A DNA stretch of 64,000 nucleotides from Candidatus Sericytochromatia bacterium (GTDB lineage: Bacteria > Cyanobacteriota > Sericytochromatia > S15B-MN24 > UBA4093). Numbering within the stretch: the first letter of the stretch is position 1; each line of letters opens with the position of its first letter. Positions 18,404 to 27,384 of this stretch are shown piece by piece. Under the pieces are notes generated by a model that made no database searches, had not been told where the DNA came from, and was given only the letters and a program-made list of their open reading frames with translations. The translations under genes were made by a program, and so were the position numbers. The stretch lies in contig JAKFCT010000038.1 in the NCBI GenBank assembly GCA_036676495.1, positions 1-64,000 of the forward strand. Direction: 5' to 3'.

Positions 18404-19768
18404 GTGATCAAGGTGAAAGCACGTCGCACGTTCGGAATCGTTGCGTTGGCGCTGGCCGCATCCTTCCTCGCCGGCTGCGGCAGGCCCTACACCAGCCCCG
18501 ATCCCTACCAGGGCGGGACCGGTGGTTCTGGCTTCCCCCAGACTCCTCAGCTTCCTTCGGGAACCGTCGTGGGTCGCGTGGTCGACTCCCGCACCGGTCT
18601 GGGAGTCCCCGACGTCGAGGTCTCGGTGCTGGGCGTGGTGCCCGCCCGGTCGACCCGTACCAACGGATCGGGCGACTTCACCCTGAACCAGGTTCCCGCC
18701 AACAAGGTCAAGCTTTCCCTCTTCAAGCAGGGTTACACCTACCTCGCCTCCTACGGCGACGTGGTCGTGGACGTCCTCGCCGGCACCACCGTGACCTCCC
18801 CCGAGATCAAGATCGCCCACCAGATGGATGCGGTGCCCAACTCCTTCGTGATGAGCTTCGGCAACCTCAACCGTCCCCGCGGCCTCACCATCGACGACAC
18901 CAACGGCTTCATGCACGTCGTCACCTACGAGTCCTACCCCGTCAACTCCACCATCAACCTGCCCTGGCTGCGGGTCTGGGGCGTCCGCAAGTTCAACCTC
19001 AACGGCGGCCTCCAGAACAAGTTCGGCGGCAACCTCTTCATCAACGACCTCGACGATCCCCAGGGCATCTCGGTCGATAAGGGCGGCAACCTCTTCATCG
19101 CCGATCCCGGCAAGGGTTCGAAGCCCATCCGCCAGTACGACCTCAACGGCAAGTACGTTCCTCAGGCCGCTAACACCAACGAGTTCGCCGGGGTCGACAA
19201 GCCCTACGACATCTCGGTGATGCGGACCGGCATGTTCGGAGTCTCCTCGGCCGGCAACAACCAGGTCAAGTTCTTCGCCCAGGACCGTGCCACCCCCGCC
19301 GTGAACCCCAACAACGGCCAGCTGAAGCTGGAGAGCAGCTTCTCGACCGGCCTGCGCGGCATCGCCGTCGACGGCAACGACAACGTCTACGTGATCGACG
19401 CCAACGCCGGAGCCGGCAAGGTCATCCAGAAGTTCGACGCCTACGGTCGCCTGGTGATGTACTTCGGTTACACCAGCACCAGCCGCGCCGGTGGCCACTT
19501 CTCGAACCCCACCGACCTGGCCATCGACAACCGCAACGGCGAAATCTACGTGGTCGACGCCGGCAACAACCGGATCCAGCGCTTCAACCACGACGGCTCG
19601 TTCCTCTCGGAGTTCGGAGCGATGGGCCAGGCGAACGGCAAGTTCAACTCGCCGCACTCGATCGCCATCGACAAGGAAGGCTTCATCTACGTCTCGGACA
19701 CCAACAACAACCGCGTCCAGAAGTTCGCCCCCTCGCGGATGCAGCAGGTCGGTCAGAGCAACTTCTAA
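18404..19768 (+). CDS. Lipoprotein with carboxypeptidase-regulatory-like domain and NHL-repeat beta-propeller
   Basis: LAGC lipobox; GRVVDSRTG..VPDVEV; repeats FSNPTDLAID..IYVVDAGNNRIQRF, FNSPHSIAID..IYVSDTNNNRVQKF. Confidence 0.88.
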   Translation: MIKVKARRTFGIVALALAASFLAGCGRPYTSPDPYQGGTGGSGFPQTPQLPSGTVVGRVVDSRTGLGVPDVEVSVLGVVPARSTRTNGSGDFTLNQVPANKVKLSLFKQGYTYLASYGDVVVDVLAGTTVTSPEIKIAHQMDAVPNSFVMSFGNLNRPRGLTIDDTNGFMHVVTYESYPVNSTINLPWLRVWGVRKFNLNGGLQNKFGGNLFINDLDDPQGISVDKGGNLFIADPGKGSKPIRQYDLNGKYVPQAANTNEFAGVDKPYDISVMRTGMFGVSSAGNNQVKFFAQDRATPAVNPNNGQLKLESSFSTGLRGIAVDGNDNVYVIDANAGAGKVIQKFDAYGRLVMYFGYTSTSRAGGHFSNPTDLAIDNRNGEIYVVDAGNNRIQRFNHDGSFLSEFGAMGQANGKFNSPHSIAIDKEGFIYVSDTNNNRVQKFAPSRMQQVGQSNF

Positions 19769-19774
19769 AACCCG

Positions 19775-19819
19775 AAACCAAGAGGAAGGCCCCCATCTCG
19801 GGGGCCTTCCTCTTGGTTT
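19775..19819. terminator. Bidirectional terminator
   Basis: Perfect long inverted repeat aaaccaagaggaaggccccc / gggggccttcctcttggttt between convergent genes. Confidence 0.85.
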
Positions 19820-19841
19820 GCCAGGGACATGAAACCGGAAA

Positions 19842-20885
19842 TCAAAGGGAACGGAGCGGCTCCACCGGGCGCCGCAACGCCTCCAGGCTCAAGCCCTCCT
19901 TGAGGGCCAGCAGCATCCCCGCGGCCTCCAGGTAGCTCGACGCCAAGAGGGCCGGGATCCCGAGCATCTCGGGAGTCACCTTGCAAGCCGAGACCCCGGT
20001 CTTCACCGCAATCAGCGGGATGGAGCGCTCGGCAGCCGCCAGCATCGGAATGCCCCCGCAGGCCTCCCACGGAGCCACGATGGCCGCCACGTCGCCGATC
20101 ACCCGATCGTCCCGGGTCGCCTCGGCGACGGTCACGTAGCGCGGAGCCCGCGCCAGCCCCTCCAGGATGCATGGCAGAAACGTCAGCCCGATGGTCTCGG
20201 CGGCGACCCGCGGATCCACGAGCCCCTCCTCCTCGAACGGCTCGTAGGGGGCATGGGCGCACGGCACCATGAGCGCATCGACCAAAAGATGCGAGAGGAC
20301 GGCCTCGAGGCCACCGATCGGATCGGGGCCGGATCCCCGGGAGTAGGCCTCGGCCCGATCGGGAGGAACCTCGGGCATGCGCGCGACCAGGGCGATCGCC
20401 TCGGCCCCCTTTCGCACGGCCTTCCGGGCCGCGTCCAGCAGGACCTCGGGGTTCGCGATCTCTCCATGGGTCGCCCCGAACTCCCCGCCGGTGAGCCGGA
20501 GATCGAGGCGCTCATCGGTGGGCACCCAGCCGATCAGATCCGTCCCGGCCACGGTTCGCGTGGCGTTGGCCGCATTGGTGATCCGGATCATGGCCTGCGG
20601 ATCGTCGGCGACGGCCCGATCGATCACCATGGCGATCCGGTTGGATCGGACGGGGCGGAGGGCCCAGTGGCCCATGGCGAAGCGATCGAGCGCATGGCCC
20701 TCGATGTAGAGCACGTTCGGGCGGGCACGGTACATGACCGCCGCGTTGACGGCATTGGGATGGGTGAGCAAGAGGTCGCACGCCGAAGCCAGCACGTTGG
20801 TGGCCGGGGTGGCGTCGCCCGCATACCCGCCGACCTCGCAGCCGATGCCGGTGGGGACGATCTGGAGCGCGATGAAGGGCTTCAC
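19842..20885 (-). CDS. DUF3326-domain protein
   Basis: IVPTGIGCEVGGYAGDA, LLTHPNAVNAA, DPIGGLEAVLSH, VPCAHAP, DPRVAAE.IG.TFLPCIL.GL. Confidence 0.85.
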   Translation of the reverse strand: MKPFIALQIVPTGIGCEVGGYAGDATPATNVLASACDLLLTHPNAVNAAVMYRARPNVLYIEGHALDRFAMGHWALRPVRSNRIAMVIDRAVADDPQAMIRITNAANATRTVAGTDLIGWVPTDERLDLRLTGGEFGATHGEIANPEVLLDAARKAVRKGAEAIALVARMPEVPPDRAEAYSRGSGPDPIGGLEAVLSHLLVDALMVPCAHAPYEPFEEEGLVDPRVAAETIGLTFLPCILEGLARAPRYVTVAEATRDDRVIGDVAAIVAPWEACGGIPMLAAAERSIPLIAVKTGVSACKVTPEMLGIPALLASSYLEAAGMLLALKEGLSLEALRRPVEPLRSL

Positions 20886-21046
20886 CGGATCACGGCCCCT
20901 TCCACCAGGAAGCGCCCGTCCTGGCAGGCGGTGATGGCCCAGCGCAGCGGACGGCCGTCAAGGGCTTCGGCGAGGTGACGTTCGAGTTCGGAGGCCCGGA
21001 ACCCGCTCGATGGAGCGGGAATCCAGAGGGCGAAGGCCTGGATCAC
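20882..21046 (-). CDS. Small hypothetical protein (54 aa) with PLRWAIT motif
   Basis: GTG start after GAGAGG; stop overlaps DUF3326 start (GTGA). Confidence 0.6.
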   Translation of the reverse strand: MIQAFALWIPAPSSGFRASELERHLAEALDGRPLRWAITACQDGRFLVEGAVIR

Positions 21047-21056
21047 GCTCGGCCTC

Positions 21057-21542
21057 TCAGGCGTCGCGTCGGGGGCGCGACTCGGCGAGCTCCCCGCCAT
21101 GCTCGGCCAGCTCGTCCTCCGAGAAGAGGGTCGTGGGGTCGAGAAGGATGACCAGGCGATTGCCGACCTTCGCCAGGCCCGAGATCGCCATCGAGCGCTC
21201 CCGCAGGGCGTCGGAAGGAGGATCGATCCGATCGGCCGAGAGCGTCAGCACCTGATGAACGCCATCGACCTTCAGGCCGAAAGGCTCGCCCTGGGTCTCC
21301 GCCACCAGGATGCAGTCTTGCTCGTCGTGATGGGACTTGCTCTGAAGCTTGAAGAGGAGGCGCAGGTCGAAGACCGGCAAGATCTCCCCGCGCAGGTTGA
21401 TCAGGCCCACGACGTGCTTGGCCGCGTTCGGCAAGGTCGTCGTGGGGACTAGGCCGAGGATCTCCCGGGCCTGCACCAGGGGGAGGCCGTATTCCTCGGC
21501 CCCCAGATAGAACGTCAGGATTTGAAGCGCGTCATGAGCCAT
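21057..21542 (-). CDS. cheW: Chemotaxis coupling protein CheW
   Basis: TFYLGAEEYGL, GLINLRGEILPVFDLR, GLKVDGV. Confidence 0.93.
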   Translation of the reverse strand: MAHDALQILTFYLGAEEYGLPLVQAREILGLVPTTTLPNAAKHVVGLINLRGEILPVFDLRLLFKLQSKSHHDEQDCILVAETQGEPFGLKVDGVHQVLTLSADRIDPPSDALRERSMAISGLAKVGNRLVILLDPTTLFSEDELAEHGGELAESRPRRDA

Positions 21543-22338
21543 GCGATGCCATCTTCGATCGGTTGCGGGGTTTCTTGCCGCCGTCTTCCACCCCGAGGTA
21601 GCGGTTCAGTTGGGTCCGGAGGCGCAGGGCGGCCTGGGTGTGAAGCTGGCAGACCCGGGACTCCGAGACCCCCATGACGGCCCCGATCTCCTTCAAGGTG
21701 AGGCCTTCGTGGTAGTAAAGGGAGAGCAAGAGACGCTCTCGCTCGGGAAGCGCGTCGATGGCCTGCGACATCTGATCGACGAACTCCGACTCCTCCAGCT
21801 GGGCCACGGGGCCCGGCTTGTCATCGACCTGGGTATCGAGCCATGTGACGCTCTGGCCGTCGTCGCCGACCTGGACCAGTTCGTCCAGGGAGAGAAACGG
21901 GGAGGTCGCTTCCCCCTGGATGGAGTGAAGCTCCATCAGGGTGAGGCCCATGGCCGCCGCGAGCTCTTCCTCGGAGGGCGCCCGGGAGAGCTGGGCTTCG
22001 AGCTGGGAGATGGCCGTGGAGAGCTCGCGCGCCCGGGAGCGCACGGAACGCGGCACCCAGTCCTGGCTGCGCAGCTCATCGATGATCGCCCCGCGAATGC
22101 GGGTGATGGCGAAGGTTTCGAACTTCACCCCCCGCTCGAGGCTGAAGCGCTCGATGGCATGGATCAAGCCGATCACGCCGTAGCCGTAGAGATCGTCCTG
22201 GTCGACCGTCGCCGGAAGGGTGACGGCCATGCGCCCGACCACGTAGCGCACCAGCGGCGCATACTGAAGAATCAGCTGCTCGCGCGCGGAGGCGTCCTGG
22301 GTGGTCTTGAACTTTTGCCAGAGCTCGTTGACGGCCAT
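21532..22338 (-). CDS. fliA: Flagellar sigma factor sigma-28 (FliA/SigD)
   Basis: REQLILQYAPLV, RIRGAIIDELRSQDWVPRSVR, LTLKEIG..MGVSESRVCQLH; start ATG 22338. Confidence 0.95.
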   Translation of the reverse strand: MAVNELWQKFKTTQDASAREQLILQYAPLVRYVVGRMAVTLPATVDQDDLYGYGVIGLIHAIERFSLERGVKFETFAITRIRGAIIDELRSQDWVPRSVRSRARELSTAISQLEAQLSRAPSEEELAAAMGLTLMELHSIQGEATSPFLSLDELVQVGDDGQSVTWLDTQVDDKPGPVAQLEESEFVDQMSQAIDALPERERLLLSLYYHEGLTLKEIGAVMGVSESRVCQLHTQAALRLRTQLNRYLGVEDGGKKPRNRSKMASHGS

Positions 22339-22421
22339 GCTTCTATTGTACCCGCTAGGCTGCATCTATCGCGACTCCGTGCCGCTCGAAAGGGCCTTTC
22401 GGCCGGCGCTCCGAGCCGGGC

Positions 22422-22730
22422 TCAGTCGTCCCGAACCATCTGCTGCACCACCCGGGCCGCCTTCTGGTAGTCGAGGGGCGTGAACTCCTCGGCCGGAGCC
22501 GCCTCGTTGAGGGTGAAGTCGACCATGCGCCCCTTGACGGGCGGAGCCGTCCGGGTCCCCGCGGTCGCGAGCAAGGCGTCGAAGCCCAAGCCCACCACGG
22601 CGCCGACCAGCAGGCCGATGCTGACGCGCAGAATGAAGGCTCCCTCCGAAACGTCGGCGAAGAGGGCCACGAAGGCGGTGGCGAAGCCGCAGAGTACCGC
22701 CAGGACCAGGGTCCAACTGCGCCCGTTCAT
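22422..22730 (-). CDS. Small two-TM hypothetical protein between cheD and fliA
   Basis: Two hydrophobic segments; ATGA overlap with cheD. Confidence 0.7.
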   Translation of the reverse strand: MNGRSWTLVLAVLCGFATAFVALFADVSEGAFILRVSIGLLVGAVVGLGFDALLATAGTRTAPPVKGRMVDFTLNEAAPAEEFTPLDYQKAARVVQQMVRDD

Positions 22731-23215
22731 TCGAGGACCTCTTCAGGCCCCAGGCGGCGGCGAATGAAGAAGCGATCGGTCGCGACCTCGAAGCGGACGG
22801 AGCGCCCCTGGGTGCCCCCGACATCCGAAGCCAGGAGGGGAATCCGAGACGCGGCCAGGGCCTGCGTCACCGCCGCGATGTTGCGCTCCCCGACGCTGAG
22901 GCTCGGGCCGGCCTTGAACATCTGGGCCCCGCCGGCCATCTTGGCGACCAGGGAGGAAGGCTTCGCTCCCCGGGAGACCAGCTCCGTGATCAGGCGCGGG
23001 ACGGCGGTGTCGGCGAACTTGCCCGGAGCGTCGGCCGCGGCGCCCTGAGCGCTATCCGGCAGGAGGACATGGGCCATGCCGGCCAGGCGGCTCTTGGGCT
23101 GATAGATGACCAGCGCGATGCAAGAGCCGAGTCCCGGCACGACGAAAGACGTCTGAGGGGTCTCCGAGAGGCGGATTTCCGACATTCCCACGTGGGCGAG
23201 CGTCCCCGTGGTCAC
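22727..23215 (-). CDS. cheD: Chemoreceptor glutamine deamidase CheD
   Basis: GLGSCI, GMAHVLLP, KFADTA, AKMAGGAQMF, DVGG. Confidence 0.95.
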   Translation of the reverse strand: MTTGTLAHVGMSEIRLSETPQTSFVVPGLGSCIALVIYQPKSRLAGMAHVLLPDSAQGAAADAPGKFADTAVPRLITELVSRGAKPSSLVAKMAGGAQMFKAGPSLSVGERNIAAVTQALAASRIPLLASDVGGTQGRSVRFEVATDRFFIRRRLGPEEVLE

Positions 23216-23832
23216 CGGCCCATCATCCCCATGCCCTGCAAGAGGGTCTCCAGCGAATCCGGCGTGGGCAACATGAACATGTACCCCTTCAGCGGGCCCC
23301 CGTTCTCCGCCGAGAACTCGGTCTCCAGGGCCAGGACCCGATCGGAGGCGACGGCCAGCTCGGCGACCACCGCGTCGAGCACCGCGCCCACCATGTCCGA
23401 GGCCAGGTGCGGAACCGAGACCTGCATCTCCAGCTTGGTCAGGCCGCCCAGGGCCACCAGGTAGCTTGCCGTGAGGACGTTACCAACTTCTCCCAGGATG
23501 GAGGTGCCCATCTCGTCGATCTCGGGGGTCTTGCCCAGGGGGTAGCCCATGACCAGGTCGACCAGCAGCGTGGCGTGATCGTAGGGCAAGAGGAAGAGCA
23601 TGTGGCCGTTGACCTGGCCTTCGATCTGGAGGTAGATCGCCCAGACGAGCGTGTCGGGCCCTCCGACCATGATGTTGACCTGGGTCAAGGGCATGACGGA
23701 GGCCTTGGGCACCGCCATGAGGATGCGCTGCCGCAAGAGCTTGGAGAGGGCGGTCGCCGCATGCCCAGCCCCGATGTTGCCGGCCTCGCGAAGCGCGTCC
23801 AGCTGCAGCGTACTGAGGGCCGTGATGTCCAT
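23212..23832 (-). CDS. cheC: CheY-P phosphatase CheC
   Basis: DALREAGNIGAGHAATALS and SILGEVGNVL (two ExxN sites). Confidence 0.94.
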   Translation of the reverse strand: MDITALSTLQLDALREAGNIGAGHAATALSKLLRQRILMAVPKASVMPLTQVNIMVGGPDTLVWAIYLQIEGQVNGHMLFLLPYDHATLLVDLVMGYPLGKTPEIDEMGTSILGEVGNVLTASYLVALGGLTKLEMQVSVPHLASDMVGAVLDAVVAELAVASDRVLALETEFSAENGGPLKGYMFMLPTPDSLETLLQGMGMMGR

Positions 23833-23840
23833 GTGGCCTC

Positions 23841-25895
23841 CTAAACCAGCGTGGCCGCGTCCAGGATAAGCGCCAAGCGCCCATCTCCGAGGATCGCAGC
23901 CCCGCTCAGGTGATTCAATTTCCCCACTAGCCGGCTAATGGGCTTGATGACAACTTCTTGCTGCCCTAGCAATTTATCTACCACCAAGCCCGCCTTTTTA
24001 CTCCCGATCCGGACCACGACCACGGCTTCTTCCGCCGTCGAGGGGGCTGCGTTCAGCCCCAAGGCCTGGTCCAAACGGATCAAGGACAGCGATTGCCCGC
24101 GCAGGACGACCATCTCGGAGTCTTGCACCCGCTGCACGGACAGTTCCGCGAGATCGATGGCCTCCTCGATGAACGAGAGCGGGAGCGCGAGGATGGCCTC
24201 CCCCACCTCGACCAGCATCGCCTGGATGATGGCCAGCGTCAGCGGCAGCATGACGGTCACGGTCGAGCCGGCCCCCAGGGTGGAGTCGACATCGACGGCC
24301 CCCCCGAGACTCAGGACCTTGCTCTTCACCGCATCCATACCCACCCCGCGCCCGGAGATGGCATTGGCGGTCTCGCGGGTCGAGAAGCCGGGAGCGAAAA
24401 GCAGATCGTAGGCTTGCTTCTCGCTGAGGCGCGCGCCCTCCTCCTCGGTGAGGAGTCCCTTGGAGACGGCGCTGGCGATCACCCGCTCCGGGTCGATGCC
24501 GCGGCCGTCGTCGGAGACCTCGATGATGACGTGGTTGCCTTCATGGCGAGCCGAGAGGCGGACCGTCGCGGTCAGCGGCTTGCCGGAGGCCGCGCGATCC
24601 GCCGGGTCCTCGATGCCATGATCGATCGCGTTGCGCAGCAAGTGAACCAGCGGCTCGCCAATCTCGTCGATGACGAGGCGATCGAGCTCGGTATCCTGGC
24701 CCTCGATCTGGAGGTGGACGTCCTTGCCGAGCTCCCGCGAGAGGTCCCGGATCATGCGGGGAAAACGGTTGAAGACGCGCTCGACGGGAGTCATGCGCAG
24801 CTTCATGGCGACGTTCTGAAGCTCGGAGATCACCGATCCGATGTGCCGGATGGTCTCGGAGAGCTCGGGAACCTTTCCGCCGTTCTCGACCAGGCGGTTT
24901 CGATCGATCACCAGCTCGCCGACCAGGTTGACCAGCCGATCGAGGCGATCGGTGGGAACGCGGACCGTCTGATTGGTCTTGGGGGCAGGCGCCTCGGGAG
25001 CCTTCGCCTCTGGCTCCGGGGACGGTTTGGCGATCGCCGGCCGCCCCGCCGGGGACGGTTGCGGCGCCTGGGGCTGGGGGGCCTGCGGCTCGGGAGCCTG
25101 AGCTACAGGAACCTGCAACTCCAAGGCGGGAGTCGCGACGGCCGGGGCTTCGGGCGGCAGCTCGAGCACCTCGCAGACCTCGACGCTCTCGATTTCCGAA
25201 ACGTCCAGGACCCGCTCCTTGAGCTTCGAGGCGTCCTCCTGGCTGACCACCACGAGCGCGAAGTCCTGGTCGAAGCGCTCCTCTTCGAGCTCCGGCACCG
25301 ACGGAGACGCCTTGATGATCTCGCCGGCCTGCTCGAGCGCGGTGAGCACCATGTAGGCGCGAACGCCCTTCAACAAGCAGCCACCCTCGAGGCGCACCTT
25401 CACCCAGTAGGCCCTGAAGCCCTTGGCCTTGGCCTCTTCGAGCACGGTTCGCTCGAACGAGTCGAACTCCGGCAAGGCCTGGCTCACGCTGTCAGAGGGC
25501 GTCTGGCGCTCCTCCGCGGGGAGCCCGGCGACGCGGGCCGTCAACGCCGGGTCGACCGTGTCGGGGCCTCCGGCGGCGACGGATTCGAGCGAGTGCGTCA
25601 GCGCGTCGACGCAGGCGAAAAGCAGGTCGATCACATCGCCGTCCAGCTGCAGCTGCTCGCTGCGCAGGGCATCGAGCACTCCTTCCATGGCATGCGTCAG
25701 CTCGGCGATCCCCTGGAAGCCCATGGTGGCGGACATGCCCTTCACGGTGTGCGCGGCCCGGAAGATCTCGTCGAGCACGGCGCGCGGGTGGTCCCCGACC
25801 TCGAGCAGGAGGATCTTCTCGTTGAGGGTGGCCAGGTTCTCCCGCGCTTCCTCGATGAAGAGGCTCAGGTACGGGGAGGGATCGATCGGGTTCAT
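23841..25895 (-). CDS. cheA: Chemotaxis histidine kinase CheA
   Basis: IFRAAHTVKG (P1), P2, HLLRNAIDHG, GFST..SGRGVGMD, C-terminal CheW-like domain. Confidence 0.96.
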   Translation of the reverse strand: MNPIDPSPYLSLFIEEARENLATLNEKILLLEVGDHPRAVLDEIFRAAHTVKGMSATMGFQGIAELTHAMEGVLDALRSEQLQLDGDVIDLLFACVDALTHSLESVAAGGPDTVDPALTARVAGLPAEERQTPSDSVSQALPEFDSFERTVLEEAKAKGFRAYWVKVRLEGGCLLKGVRAYMVLTALEQAGEIIKASPSVPELEEERFDQDFALVVVSQEDASKLKERVLDVSEIESVEVCEVLELPPEAPAVATPALELQVPVAQAPEPQAPQPQAPQPSPAGRPAIAKPSPEPEAKAPEAPAPKTNQTVRVPTDRLDRLVNLVGELVIDRNRLVENGGKVPELSETIRHIGSVISELQNVAMKLRMTPVERVFNRFPRMIRDLSRELGKDVHLQIEGQDTELDRLVIDEIGEPLVHLLRNAIDHGIEDPADRAASGKPLTATVRLSARHEGNHVIIEVSDDGRGIDPERVIASAVSKGLLTEEEGARLSEKQAYDLLFAPGFSTRETANAISGRGVGMDAVKSKVLSLGGAVDVDSTLGAGSTVTVMLPLTLAIIQAMLVEVGEAILALPLSFIEEAIDLAELSVQRVQDSEMVVLRGQSLSLIRLDQALGLNAAPSTAEEAVVVVRIGSKKAGLVVDKLLGQQEVVIKPISRLVGKLNHLSGAAILGDGRLALILDAATLV

Positions 25896-25926
25896 GGAAG
25901 TCCTCCGCTCACGGCTGGTCCTCGGC

Positions 25927-26718
25927 TCATGGTTTCAGGTAAAAGAAGGGGCGTGGCTGCAGGAAGCCCATCTCTCGGAAATCGAGGATTCGCTCGGTTC
26001 CCCCGATGAACAGCATGCCGCCAGGCTCCAGCCCCTGGTAGAAGGCACGATAGAGCTTGTCCTTGCTCTCCTGGGTGAAGTAGATGACCACGTTTCGGCA
26101 GAGGATCAGGTGGCAGCCCGAAAGCGGCGGATCCTCCAGGAGGTTCTGGGAGCGGTAGGAGAGGTGGCGCAAGAGCTCCGGGCGTAGCCGCACGCTGCCG
26201 GCCTCAGCGCCCCGCACCTCGACGGGAGTGAAGTAGGCCTCCAGGTCGCGGGGCGAGAGGTTCTTGGTCTCGTAGGCATGGTAGAGGCCCTCGCTGGCGC
26301 GCTCCAGGATGCCGCGGTCGATGTCGGTCCCGATCAGCTCGACCCGGTCGAGGGCCTTGAGGCGATCGAGCAGGATGGCGACCGAGGAGAGCTCGGCACC
26401 CGACGAGCAGCCGGCACTCCAGATGCGCAGGCGATCGAAGCGGGAGAGCAGCTCGGGCAGGATGAGGCGTTCGAGTTCCTCGAACTTCTCGGGGTTGCGG
26501 AAGAACTCCGAGACGTTGATGGTCAGGCCGTCGATGAACTCCTGCAGACGGTTGGGATCGGCGCTCAGGAGATCGTAATAGGCGTCCAAGGAGTCGAGCT
26601 TCGCCCGGGCCATCATCGAGCGGATGCGGCGCTCCATCTGCCGGGGCTTGTACTGATCCAGATCCAGCTTCACCCATGGCGCCATGCGGCGTTTGAACTG
26701 AAGAAACTCGTCTTGCAC
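25927..26718 (-). CDS. cheR: Chemoreceptor methyltransferase CheR
   Basis: TINVSEFFRN, IWSAGCSSG, LILCRNVVIYF. Confidence 0.94.
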   Translation of the reverse strand: MQDEFLQFKRRMAPWVKLDLDQYKPRQMERRIRSMMARAKLDSLDAYYDLLSADPNRLQEFIDGLTINVSEFFRNPEKFEELERLILPELLSRFDRLRIWSAGCSSGAELSSVAILLDRLKALDRVELIGTDIDRGILERASEGLYHAYETKNLSPRDLEAYFTPVEVRGAEAGSVRLRPELLRHLSYRSQNLLEDPPLSGCHLILCRNVVIYFTQESKDKLYRAFYQGLEPGGMLFIGGTERILDFREMGFLQPRPFFYLKP

Positions 26719-27372
26719 TCAGCGCACCCGATGCTTCAAGCGAATGACCTCTTCCCGGTGCTTGTTGAAGACGAACTTCACCAGGCGATCGCGATCGCGC
26801 TCGGCGATCGGATAGAACTCCACCGCCACGTGCCAGCGCCCGCTCTGGCGGCGCTCGGCGGGCGTCGCCCGCACGATCCGGCCCGTGATCTCCATGAGGC
26901 CGTAGGTCTCCATGGAGAGATGCACCCGGATGACCGTGCCCGCAGGGAACTCCTCGTTGAGCAGCAGCAGGCACCCCCCGCCGGAGAGATCCTGAAGGAG
27001 CCCCTGGCGCAGGCGGGTGAACTTGCCGTCTCGGGCGACCTGATAATCCATGGGCATGGTCATCGCCACCCGGAGGTGCTCACGGCGCTGGATCCGCTGG
27101 ATCTGTTCCGGTTCGGGGAAGCCGAGGTCGATCCGCATGGAGATGGTGGCCTGCACGGGGCAGTCCAGCGTCCAGATGGCGTTGCCGCGCGGGAAGGTGA
27201 CCCTGAGGTGCTTGCCGACGGGAATCGGCTTGCCGTCCTGCATGGGACGGAAAAGGGCAAAGCCCTTGGGGCCGACCTCGAGGATCCGGCTCGAGAGTCG
27301 CGCCGTAGCATCGCCCGACTCCAAGAGGATGTCGACAATCTGGCCGGGGTTGAGTTCAGGCGTCACGACCAC
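26719..27372 (-). CDS. YcgR/PilZ c-di-GMP-binding flagellar brake protein
   Basis: QRREHLR (RxxxR) and DLSGGG (DxSxxG). Confidence 0.9.
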   Translation of the reverse strand: MVVTPELNPGQIVDILLESGDATARLSSRILEVGPKGFALFRPMQDGKPIPVGKHLRVTFPRGNAIWTLDCPVQATISMRIDLGFPEPEQIQRIQRREHLRVAMTMPMDYQVARDGKFTRLRQGLLQDLSGGGCLLLLNEEFPAGTVIRVHLSMETYGLMEITGRIVRATPAERRQSGRWHVAVEFYPIAERDRDRLVKFVFNKHREEVIRLKHRVR

Positions 27373-27384
27373 TTCCCCCCATGC

